DNA of 64,000 nucleotides from an uncultured Methylomirabilota bacterium. GTDB lineage: Bacteria > Methylomirabilota > Methylomirabilia > Methylomirabilales > 2-02-FULL-66-22. Numbering within the stretch: position 1 is the first letter of the stretch; each line of letters starts with the position of its first letter. A program made the position numbers and the translations under genes. The DNA lies in the NCBI GenBank assembly GCA_963845565.1, contig CAWJSJ010000005.1:288001-352000 (forward strand). The letters are read 5' to 3'. This document shows positions 11,899 through 21,297 of the stretch, one piece after another. The notes under the pieces were generated by a model. That model worked only from the letters and a program-made list of their open reading frames with translations. It had not been told where the DNA came from and did not search any database.

Positions 11899-13020
11899 AT
11901 GCAACACCAGCGGCTCGTCATCGGGATGATGGATGGACTAGGGTTGCCTACGTATCGGGCGTCCCGGATGCCGACGCTCAACCGCATGGAGCGCCACGCC
12001 AACCTGTTCGCCGCCGTGGCGGGCGTCTTCCCGAGCGTCACGAACGTGAACAACGTATCGATCGCGTGCGGGAGCTGGCCCGTGGAGCACGGGATCACCG
12101 CGAACTCTTACTACGACCCCACTGAGGCGCGGGCCGTCTACATGAACGACGCCTCGCTGATCCTTGTCAAGACGCTCTTCCAGCGCGCGGCCGAATGGGG
12201 GGTTCGCTCCGCGCTGCTCACGAGCAAGCGGAAGACGGCTGAGCTGTTTCGCGCGGGGACGGAGATCTTGCTGGCCGCCGAGGCGCCCGATCCGGCGTTC
12301 GTCGAGCGGTACGGGCCGCCCGCCGGAATTTACAGTCGCGAGATCAATTACTGGCTCTGGGACGTCGCCGTCGATTTGCTACGCACCCGTCCGGACATCG
12401 GACTGCTCTACGTCCACACGACGGACTACCCGATGCACGCGTGGGCGGAATCCGCCGCCGAATCGCTGGAGCATCTGGAGGAGGTGGACCGTCGGGTGGG
12501 GGAGGCGATCGAGGCGGCGCCCGACGCGGCCTTCCTCGTCACCGCCGACCACGGGATGAACAACAAGACGCGCTGCTACGACCTCGAGAAGGTCTGCCGC
12601 GACGCGGGGCGCCCGGTGCGCTTCGTCCTGTCGCCGGAGCGGGACTACTACATCGTCCATCACCGGAACTTCACCGGCTGCTCGTGGATTTGGCTCGAGC
12701 GGGAGGAGGACCGGGAGGCCGTCCGCGGGGTGGTTTCCGGTCTGCCGGGCGTGGAGCGCGTGGTGGACTCGGCCGACGCGGCGCGCGAGTTCCGGACCGA
12801 CCCCGCCCGCATCGGCGACCTTGTCGTCTTCGGCGACCGCGACACGATGTTCGGCGAGATGGAGCGTGCGGTCGAGGAGTTACCCGCGACGTACCGCGCG
12901 CACGGCTCGATGCACGAAATGGAATTGCCGCTCATCATCTACAACTACCGGCATCCGCTCCCCCCGCCGGCGTTCTTCCGCCACAACCTCGACCTGACGC
13001 GGTTCCTCTTCCGCGCGTAG
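11899..13020 (+). CDS. Alkaline-phosphatase-superfamily hydrolase, PhnA-like, copy 2
   Basis: MDG, FPSVTNVNN, TTDYPMH, TADHGM, AHGS; alternative start 11869. Confidence 0.8.
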   Translation: MQHQRLVIGMMDGLGLPTYRASRMPTLNRMERHANLFAAVAGVFPSVTNVNNVSIACGSWPVEHGITANSYYDPTEARAVYMNDASLILVKTLFQRAAEWGVRSALLTSKRKTAELFRAGTEILLAAEAPDPAFVERYGPPAGIYSREINYWLWDVAVDLLRTRPDIGLLYVHTTDYPMHAWAESAAESLEHLEEVDRRVGEAIEAAPDAAFLVTADHGMNNKTRCYDLEKVCRDAGRPVRFVLSPERDYYIVHHRNFTGCSWIWLEREEDREAVRGVVSGLPGVERVVDSADAAREFRTDPARIGDLVVFGDRDTMFGEMERAVEELPATYRAHGSMHEMELPLIIYNYRHPLPPPAFFRHNLDLTRFLFRA

Positions 13021-13198
13021 CGGCAGGATAATCGGATCTGCGCGGGCGGTACACGCCCGCGTGCCTTGCCGCCTCGGCCTGCCGCAATGAATGACAAGTG
13101 CTTGCGCCGTCGTGAAGAACCACACCGCCAGAACGCTGTCTGCGGTGGCCATGGGCACGGCAGACAGCGGCTGGCTTACCGTTGGCGACGATTCACTA

Positions 13199-13253
13199 TT
13201 GACATCGCGAGCGACACTGCGGTACCGTTTCCACATTGGGAAAACGATTTACC
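13199..13253 (+). promoter_or_regulatory. Sigma70-type promoter with LacI-type operator palindromes
   Basis: TTGACA(13199)-18 bp-TACCGT; GGTACCGTTTCC and GGAAAACGATTTACC resemble LacI-family operators with central CG; LacI gene lies in the operon. Confidence 0.55.
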
Positions 13254-13304
13254 GACATGCGAATCTGCTGTGATCGGATGGATGTGGAGGAGAGAGGGGC
13301 CGGC

Positions 13305-14630
13305 ATGAAGATCACGTTTGTGGGCGGAGGCAGTCTGGTCTGGGGAACGATGCTCCTGACAGATCTGGCGCTGACGCGGTCACTCCACGGGGCCACGATC
13401 GCGCTGCAGGACGTGGATCAGGCCGCTCTGGACCTTATGGCCGGGATGGCACGCAAGATCTCGGAGCAGGCCGGCGCCCGTTTTCGGATCGAGACGAGCA
13501 CGGAACTGGACGCCGCGGTCTCGGAGGCAAGCTTCGTGCTCGACTCCGTGGGAGTCGGTGGCTTGGAAGCGATGCGTGCGGATCTGGAGATTCCTGCCCG
13601 GTATGGCGTGGCCCAGCCCGTGGGCTGCAACGTTGGACCTGGCGGCATCAACCGGGCGCTGCGCCACATCCCTCATATCCTTCGCGTCTGCCGGACCATG
13701 GAGACCGCCTGTCCCGATGCCTGGCTGCTCATCCTCACCAACCCCTTGACCCAGTTGACCCGCGCCGCCACCCGGGAGTCCGGCATCAAGACCATCGGAC
13801 TGTGCCACGAGATGCTCCACTCCCGGTACCGGATCGCCCAGGGCCTCGGGGTCGCCCCGGAATCCCTCTGGTTCCGGGCGGGCGGCATCAACCACCTTCC
13901 CTGGATCACCGAAATGCGGATCGGGGAACAGGATGGGTTCACCTTCCTGCGGAAGTGGCTGGCCGAGCACGGCGCCCTCCGATATGCCAAGGAGGGGCTC
14001 CTCAACACGTGTGACAGCGTCTTCGAGGACCGGCACGCGGTGAAGTTCAGCCTCTTCGAAGCCTACGGGATCCTGGCGGGGGGCGGGGATCGCCACGTGG
14101 CGGAGTTCTACCCGCACTTTATCCGGCGCGAGACCAACTGGGGGTTGGACTACGGCGTGGAGCTCACCACCGTCGAGCATCGCCTGGAGCGCCATGCCCG
14201 GGAGCGGAATCGTCTGCTGCGCTGTCTCCGGGGGGAGGAGCCGCTTCCCCTCGAGCACTCCATCGAGGAGGTGGCGGAGCTCGTGGCCGCCCTGAGTGGC
14301 GGCGCGCCTGGGCGATTCATCGTCAATCTGCCGAACCAGGGGCAGATCCCCAATCTTCCGACCGGCGCCGTGGTGGAGTGCTATGCAGGGATCGACGGCT
14401 GGGGGGTCCGCCCCGAGTTCATCGGCCCGCTGCCTCACGGACCCGCCGAGGTCTGTCTGAGCCATCTGGCCGAACAGGAGTTGACCGTGGATGCCGGGAT
14501 CCGGGGGGATCGCCATACCGCCCTCCAGGCTCTCCTGATGGATCCGGCGATCCAGACCTGGTCCAGCGCCGGCCCGATGCTGGAAGAGATGCTGAAGGCC
14601 ACCGCAGCCTTTCTGCCGCAGTTCCGGTAG
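13305..14630 (+). CDS. Glycoside hydrolase family 4 (NAD+-dependent alpha-galactosidase/glucosidase)
   Basis: MKITFVGGGS, TNP, IGLCH, GINH, VNLPNQGQIPNLP. Confidence 0.92.
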   Translation: MKITFVGGGSLVWGTMLLTDLALTRSLHGATIALQDVDQAALDLMAGMARKISEQAGARFRIETSTELDAAVSEASFVLDSVGVGGLEAMRADLEIPARYGVAQPVGCNVGPGGINRALRHIPHILRVCRTMETACPDAWLLILTNPLTQLTRAATRESGIKTIGLCHEMLHSRYRIAQGLGVAPESLWFRAGGINHLPWITEMRIGEQDGFTFLRKWLAEHGALRYAKEGLLNTCDSVFEDRHAVKFSLFEAYGILAGGGDRHVAEFYPHFIRRETNWGLDYGVELTTVEHRLERHARERNRLLRCLRGEEPLPLEHSIEEVAELVAALSGGAPGRFIVNLPNQGQIPNLPTGAVVECYAGIDGWGVRPEFIGPLPHGPAEVCLSHLAEQELTVDAGIRGDRHTALQALLMDPAIQTWSSAGPMLEEMLKATAAFLPQFR

Positions 14631-14639
14631 GGACGAGGT

Positions 14640-15700
14640 ATGGGCCGACCGACGATCCTGGACGTGGCGCGCCGCGCCGGGGTGTCCCCGCCGTGGTGTC
14701 CCACGTGATCAACGAGAACCCCGCGCACGTCGGCGAGGCCACCCGGCGCCGGGTGAAGGCCGTGATCGCCGAGATCGGCTATCGCCCATCCGGCGTGGCG
14801 AAAAGTCTCCGACGCCGCCACACCCGGACCCTGGGTCTGGTGATCTGCGACGCCACCAGTGCGCTCTTCGCCCCGGTGGCGCGCGGGGTGGAGGCCGTGG
14901 CCAGCCGCGCGGGCTACCAGGTGCTGCTGGTCCACGCGCCTGATCCCGCGACCGAGCGGGAAGCCCTGGCCGTCCTGGCCGCTCATCCGGTCGAGGGCGT
15001 GATCCTCATGGCCGTATCCACGCGGCAGAAAGCCCCCCACCTGGCGGAGGCCGGGGAGCTGCCGATCGCTGTCATCAATCGCTACGGGGTGGGCCCGCGC
15101 TTCACGCGGATCCGTTGGGATGACCGTTCCGGGGCCCGTCTCGCCGTCGAACACCTCTTCCGGCTCGGTCATAGGCGCATCGGCTTCATCGGAGGTCCGC
15201 GCACGGGGCCCGCGGCACGCCTCTCGGCGATCCGGAGGTTGGAGGGGTTCCGCGCGGCTCACCAGGCGGCGGGAATCCCGGTTGCCGAAAGCGTGATCGT
15301 TTCGGGGGATTATTCGGTTGAGGCCGGCGTACGCGGCGCGGAGCGGTTGTGCCGGCTGGCGCAGCGTCCGACGGCAATCGTTGCCTCCGATGACACCATG
15401 GCCATGGGGGCGCTTCGCGGTATTCGAGATTCCGACCTGCGCTGTCCGGAGGATGTCGCCGTGGTCGGGATAGGGGACCCCCCATTCATGGCCTTCGCCC
15501 ACCCCCCTCTCACGACGGTGGCGCTGCCCGTCGAGGAAGCGGGGGCCCTGGCGGCGGAGTGTGTTCTGGAGCAGGTTGAGGACTCGGACGAGAGACCACG
15601 GACCGAGATCCTTCCCTGCCGCCTCGTCGTCCGCGCGTCGTGCGGGGTGGCGCGCCTTCCGACGGATCGGATGGTGCGTCTCACCGGAAGGCGCCGGTGA
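14640..15700 (+). CDS. LacI-family transcriptional regulator; frameshift near 14688
   Basis: MGRPTILDVARRAGVSP joins AVVSHVIN at a C-run; GHRRIGFIGG, PPLTTV. Confidence 0.88.
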
Positions 15701-15815
15701 TGAAGGTTCCTGTGCCTGCTGGTGCGATACGTGAGGTCCCGCCCCGTCCGGTGTGGCGGGAGCGCGGTGAGTCAACTACAACACGTTGGGAGCCCGTGGA
15801 CGGGCGGAGGGCACC

Positions 15816-17066
15816 ATGAGACATCGAAAAATTGGGATCCTGCTGTTGGTGGCGGGGCTGCTCATCGCGGTGGTCGGTCAGGCCGACGCCCAGGTGCAGA
15901 CCCTGCGCTTCCTCTGGTTCACGGACGGCCCGGATAGGCCGGCCATCGAGGGACTGGTCAAGAAATTCAACGACACCAACCCGGACGTCAAGATCGAGTT
16001 CTCCATCGTGCCGTTCGCCGAGCTGAATCAACTCCTCGTGACGCAGGCCTCCGCGGGGCAGGCCCCGGACCTGGCGCGCGTCACCGAGCCCTACCGGTTC
16101 TTCCAGTACGCCCTGGATCTGCGTCCGCACCTCAAGAATGCCGGCTTCGCCAAGGAGTTCCTCGACGAGCCGATGAAGATGGTGCTCGGCCAGGGCGGGG
16201 AGGTGTACGGCATCCCGCACGACCTGACGATGAACGGACCCTTCGTCAACGTCAGTCTGTTTAAGAAGGCCGGCGTGGAGTTGCCCAAGGGTGAGCGGGT
16301 CACCTGGGAGGAGTGGATGGACGCGGCCGCCAAAGTGCGGAAGGCCACCGGGGTGCCCTTTGGCGCCACCGCGGACCGCAGCGGGCACCGGCTGGACGGC
16401 TTCCTTCAGTCTTACGGCGGCGGATTCTTCACCCCGGATGGGAAGGACGTCCGCATCAACAGTCCGGAGACCAAGAAGGCCGTCGAAGCGTTCGTCAAGT
16501 TTCACAAGGACGGCATCATGCCGCTGGACATCTGGGCCGGCGGCACGGGCTACGTCGGCGCCAACCAGCAATTCGTGAACGGCCAGTTGGTCTTCTACCT
16601 CTCCGGGAACTGGCAGGTGGCTCAGTTCAATGACGCCATCGGCACCAAGTTCGAGTGGAAGGCGGTCCCGAACGGTTATAACACCCAGGCCGGCGGCATG
16701 CCGGGCGGCAAGTTCCTGATCGCCTTCAAGAACAGCAAGGTCCCGGACAAGGTCGCCCGGCTCATGGAGTTTCTGGGCGGTGCCGACGCCATGACCGAGT
16801 ACGCCACCAAGGCGATGTTCCTCCCCACCCGGAAGGACCTCATCCGGCAGGGCGTCAAGTTCCCCGCCCGGAATGAAGACATGAACGTGTTCCTCAAGGG
16901 TGTCGGGACACTGCCGCAGTCCGCCTATGTGGACAACTACAACCTGCGGTTCGGGCCGATCGCCAACGAGGTCCGCGACCGCGTGACCCAGGCGATCGTC
17001 GGAGAACTCGGCGTCGACAAGGCGCTGGAGATGGCCCAAGCCAAAGCCAAGGACTTGATGAAGTAG
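15816..17066 (+). CDS. Carbohydrate ABC transporter substrate-binding protein
   Basis: Signal peptide, APDLAR, VYGIPHD, NVSLFKKAG typical of sugar SBPs. Confidence 0.88.
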   Translation: MRHRKIGILLLVAGLLIAVVGQADAQVQTLRFLWFTDGPDRPAIEGLVKKFNDTNPDVKIEFSIVPFAELNQLLVTQASAGQAPDLARVTEPYRFFQYALDLRPHLKNAGFAKEFLDEPMKMVLGQGGEVYGIPHDLTMNGPFVNVSLFKKAGVELPKGERVTWEEWMDAAAKVRKATGVPFGATADRSGHRLDGFLQSYGGGFFTPDGKDVRINSPETKKAVEAFVKFHKDGIMPLDIWAGGTGYVGANQQFVNGQLVFYLSGNWQVAQFNDAIGTKFEWKAVPNGYNTQAGGMPGGKFLIAFKNSKVPDKVARLMEFLGGADAMTEYATKAMFLPTRKDLIRQGVKFPARNEDMNVFLKGVGTLPQSAYVDNYNLRFGPIANEVRDRVTQAIVGELGVDKALEMAQAKAKDLMK

Positions 17067-17178
17067 TCTCGCCCTCGGGCCGCCGCACGGCCCGCCCTTC
17101 GAAACGCGCGCAGACCCCGCCCGTTCCTGCGGGTGGGGTCTGCGTCGAGGGTCGGAGGGTGCTCCGAAAAGAGGTTCC

Positions 17179-18073
17179 ATGAAAAGGGCCAGCCCCGGCC
17201 AGTCCATGCTCGCCCCATACCTGTTCCTCGCGCCGAACGTGGTGATGTTCGTGATCTTCATCATCGTCCCGGCAGGCTACAACTTCTATCTCGAGCCTGT
17301 ACCGCACGTCGCCCTTTCGGCCGCCGGCGTTCGTCGGCGCGGACAATTTCCGGTACCTCCTCCAGCAGGACGATCTCTTCTGGCGCGCGGTCTGGAACAT
17401 CGGCGTGTTCGTGGTCGGGGACGTGACGCTGATGACGGGCTTGTCCGTGCTGGTCGGCGTGCTGTTGAACCAGAACGTCCGGTTTCGCGGGTTCTTCCGG
17501 AGCGCCTTCTTCTACCCGGTGCTCCTGTCGCCGTGGTCGTGGCCCTCGTCTGGCAGTGGATCCTGAACAGCCAGTTCGGCGTGCTGAACGCGATCCTCCA
17601 GGGCCTCGGGCTCCCGCGGCAGCCCTGGCTGCTCCGGGCGGACTGGGCCATGTTCTGGGCGATCTTCGTCCACGTGTGGGCCACGCTGGGCTTCTTCGCG
17701 ATGATCGTGCTCGCGGGGCTGCAGGCGATCCCCGCCGCCCTGTACGAGGCCGCCCAGATCGACGGCGCCGGCCGGTGGGAGACCTTCCGCCACGTGACGG
17801 TGCCCATGCTCATGCCGACCTTGATGGTGGTCCTGATCCTCGGCATGATCCGCAGCTTCGAGGTCTTCGACCACATCTACGTGCTGACCGGCGGCGGACC
17901 GGCACGGCGACGCTTCTGATCGTCCAATTCATCTACCGCTCGGCGTTCCAGCTGGACCAGTCGGGGCTCGCGGCCGCGGCGTCGGTGGTGCTGTTCGTGG
18001 TCATCTTCACGCTGACGGTCGCCCAGTACCTGCTCGGCCGCTGGCGGGAGACGATCTCGCTGGACGACCTTGA
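17179..18073 (+). CDS. Carbohydrate ABC transporter permease 1; several frameshifts, 3' end approximate
   Basis: PYLFLAP, FGVLN, LQAIPAALYEAAQIDGA, LTGGGP; segments in different frames near 17295, 17530, 17900. Confidence 0.8.
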
Positions 18074-18948
18074 GCGATGCCGTCACCTTGGGACCATTGC
18101 CCGGTCCCCGCCTCGGTCGCGGCCGCGGCGAACGAGTGGACCAGGCACGGTCGGCGTACGGCTGCCTCGTGCTCGGCGCGGCGGTGATGTTCCGGCCGGT
18201 GCTGTGGATGGTGCTGTCGTCGTTCAAGGACCTGAGCGAGATCTACCGGTTCCCGCCTACCTTCCTGCCGGAGCACTGGATCCTCACGGAACTACCCGAG
18301 GCGCTCCGAGCGGTTCCCGTTCCTGCGGTACCTGGCGAACAGCGTGACGGTGACGGTGGTGGCCACCGCGATCACGCTCGACGATCAACTCGATGGCGGC
18401 CTTCGCGTTGAGCAAGTACCGCTTCCGCGGCCGGGACGCCATCTTCCTGGTGATCCTCGGCACCCTGATGATCCCGCTGCAGGTCATCATGCTGCCGGTG
18501 TACCTGGTGATCGCCAAGCTCGGGATGGCGAACACGCTCTGGGGGATCATCATCCCGCCGGCGGCGACGCCCACCGGGGTGTTCCGCTCGGCAGTACATG
18601 CTGACGCTGCCCGACGAGCTGCTCGAAGCGGCGCGTATGGACGGCGCGGGGGAATTCGGTATTTACTGGCAAATGATTCTGCCGCTGACCGCACCGGCGC
18701 TGGCGGTGCTCACCGTGTTCTCGATCATGTGGCGCTGGAACGATTTTCTCTGGCCCCTGATCGTGATCAACCAGGACCGGCTGTTCACGCTGCAGCTCGG
18801 CCTGGCGCGATTCCGGGGGGAGTTGGTCACCGACTGGCACTACGTCTTCGCCATGACCGTGCTCTCCATCGTGCCCATCACGCTGGTCTTCGCCGTGCTC
18901 CAGCGATACCTCGTGAGCGGCATCGCGGCCACCGGGCTGAAAGGCTGA
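18070..18948 (+). CDS. Carbohydrate ABC transporter permease 2; several frameshifts, start approximate
   Basis: SSFK, AAFALSKYRFRGRD, LPDELLEAARMDGA, WNDFLWPL, GIAATGLKG. Confidence 0.8.
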
Positions 18949-18962
18949 GGAGGAGGATCAGG

Positions 18963-19969
18963 GTGCGCGCCACAGGCCTGCTCTTTCCCGAGATCAATCG
19001 CACTGCGTGGGAAGAATTCGAGGTTCCCGAGACGCCCGCCGCCCACGGCGCGGCTGTCCACTCGATCTGCAGCCTGGTGAGCCCGGGCACCGAGCTGGCG
19101 ATCTACACCGGGGCGCACATGGGGTTCAGCCTGCCCGAGCCGCCGTTCCCGCTCATCCCGCACCGGCCGGGCTATGCGCTGATCGGCGAGGTGGAGGCCG
19201 TGGGGTCGGCGGTGCAGGGAGTCGCGGTGGGGCAGCGCGTACTCATGGAGGCCGGTCACGGTACGGTGGGGGTGGCCGACACCCGGACGCACGCGGTCGT
19301 TCCCGTTCCGGCAGGAGTCCCCTCGGCCTACGCACCGCTGGCACGTATGGCGGGGATCGCCTTCACGGCCCTGCGGCTCGCGCCGCCGCACTCGGCGACC
19401 AGGTCGTCGTGATGGGGCTGGGGCTGGTCGGGTTGCTCGCCGGCCAGCTCTTTCGCCTCGCCGGGGGGCGCCCGGTGCTGGGAGTCGATCGGTTGCCCTC
19501 TCGGCTGAAGCTGGCCGAGGCGCTCGGCATCGTCCCCGTGGACACCTCTCGGGAGGAGCTGCTCCCGGCATTGCGGCGGGCGGTCGGATCGCGCGGTGCG
19601 GACATCGTCGTCGAGGCCACTGGCAGCCCGGCCCTGGTTCCGCCGGCCCTCGACAGCGCACGACAGGGGGGCTCCGTCGTGCTCCTCGGTTCCACCCGCG
19701 GGCTAGTGACCCTCGACGCGTACAGCTTGCTCCATCGGAAGGCCGTGCGCGTCGTCGGCGGCCACGAGACGGCGCTCCCCTTCAGTAGCGGTCATGCCTG
19801 GCCGCGCCTCCGCAACCTTGGTCTCGCACTGGATCTGATGGCCGCCGGCGACCTCCGCACGGACGGAATGGTCACCGACGAGCTGACCGTCGCGCAGGCC
19901 CTGAAAGCCCACGACATGTTGCGAGAGAACCCGGAGGCGCACCTCGGGGTGGTGATCCACTGGCGGTGA
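18963..19969 (+). CDS. Medium-chain (zinc-binding ADH family) dehydrogenase; frameshift near 19388
   Basis: VSPGTE, PGYALIGEV, GLGLVGLL Rossmann motif, ADIVVEATG. Confidence 0.82.
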
Positions 19970-20062
19970 GCCTGGTTTCTGCGCTGCGCGAAAGAACCAA
20001 AAACACAATTCAAGCCTTTCATTTGGCTCTTGCGCGTACCGCAAGAGACCAGGAGGCATGAG

Positions 20063-21082
20063 ATGCCGGACCTTGCGCCGCTCAAGTTCGCCGTCATCGG
20101 AATCGACCACCCCCACATCTATGAGCAGGTGGCTCACCTGCTCGAACTGGGGTGTGAGTGCGCAGGATGGTACACGGATGGCGAGCCGCGCCCGCTCGAG
20201 GGGTTTCGGCGGCAATTCCCGCAGCTCGAACGGGTCAATGACCGCCGACGGCTCCTCGAGAATCCCGCGGTCGCGCTCATCGTCACGGCGGCCGTCCCCG
20301 ACCTCCGTGCGGGCATTGCCGTTGACGCCATGGCGCATGGCAAGGACGTGATGACGGACAAGCCTGGCTGTACGACGCTCGGACAACTGGACGAGGTGCG
20401 GCGCACCCAGGCCGCGACCGGGCGCATCTGGTCCGTCTGCTTTTCGGAGCGTTTCGCGGTCCGCGCCGTCACCCGAGCCGCCGAGCTCATCGTCCAAGGC
20501 GCGATAGGCCATGTCGTCAATGTGGTGGGGCTCGGTCCGCACCGCCTGAACAAGCTTCAGCGACCAGCCTGGTTCTTCGACCGCGCGCGCTACGGCGGCA
20601 TCCTCTGCGACCTGGCGTCGCATCAAATAGACCAGTTTCTCTATCTGACCGGTTCCGTTGGTGCCAGCGTCGTCGCCAGCGCCGTGGCAAACTACGCCAA
20701 CCCGGATTGCCCCGGCTTGGAAGATCTCGGAGAGGTCTGGCTGCGGGGCGAGCGGGCCACCGGCTACGCGCGCGTCGATTGGTACACACCCAACGGTCTC
20801 AACACCTGGGGGGACGGCCGGCTGACGATCCTCGGAACCGAGGGCTTCATCGAAGTGCGGAAGTACGTCGACGTCGCCGGTCGCGAAGGCGGGGACCATC
20901 TGTTCCTTGCCACCCAGAAAGAGACGCGGTACATCAATTGCGCCGACGCCTCTCTACCCTACTATCCCAGCCTTGTCCGCGATGTGCGTGAGCGCACAGA
21001 AACGGCGATGGCACAATCGCATTGCTTCAAGGTGATGGAACTGGCACTGACAGCGCAAGCGCAGGCCACCCGCCTGAACTGA
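20063..21082 (+). CDS. Gfo/Idh/MocA-family oxidoreductase
   Basis: GIDHPH, GKDVMTDKP, GGILCDLASHQ, WGDGR. Confidence 0.9.
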   Translation: MPDLAPLKFAVIGIDHPHIYEQVAHLLELGCECAGWYTDGEPRPLEGFRRQFPQLERVNDRRRLLENPAVALIVTAAVPDLRAGIAVDAMAHGKDVMTDKPGCTTLGQLDEVRRTQAATGRIWSVCFSERFAVRAVTRAAELIVQGAIGHVVNVVGLGPHRLNKLQRPAWFFDRARYGGILCDLASHQIDQFLYLTGSVGASVVASAVANYANPDCPGLEDLGEVWLRGERATGYARVDWYTPNGLNTWGDGRLTILGTEGFIEVRKYVDVAGREGGDHLFLATQKETRYINCADASLPYYPSLVRDVRERTETAMAQSHCFKVMELALTAQAQATRLN

Positions 21083-21190
21083 TTCGGCCGCGCCCAAGGA
21101 CAGTTCCGACATCGACCGGACCCGCTGTGGCTCTGAGGTCTGCTACGCACGGCATTCTAGCGTTGCTCCGCTCGATCCGTCGTCAACAAA

Positions 21191-21219
21191 CTTAACGCCT
21201 TTGTCACGGCGCGCTAACA
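21191..21219 (+). promoter_or_regulatory. Pho-box-like triple direct repeat
   Basis: TTAAC(21192), GTCAC(21203), CTAAC(21214) at exact 11-bp phase ~80 bp before ATG 21298. Confidence 0.55.
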
Positions 21220-21297
21220 CTTGCACGCTCAAATACGCGTGGCAATTCGGGACAGAGCTCGCCTAGTCGCGAACCCGGGAGATTGGCGGGAGGACGG

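Noticed and set aside
1033..19400. Programmed frameshifting as the cause of split genes
   Set aside because: No slippery heptamers or consistent signals; too many unrelated genes are affected
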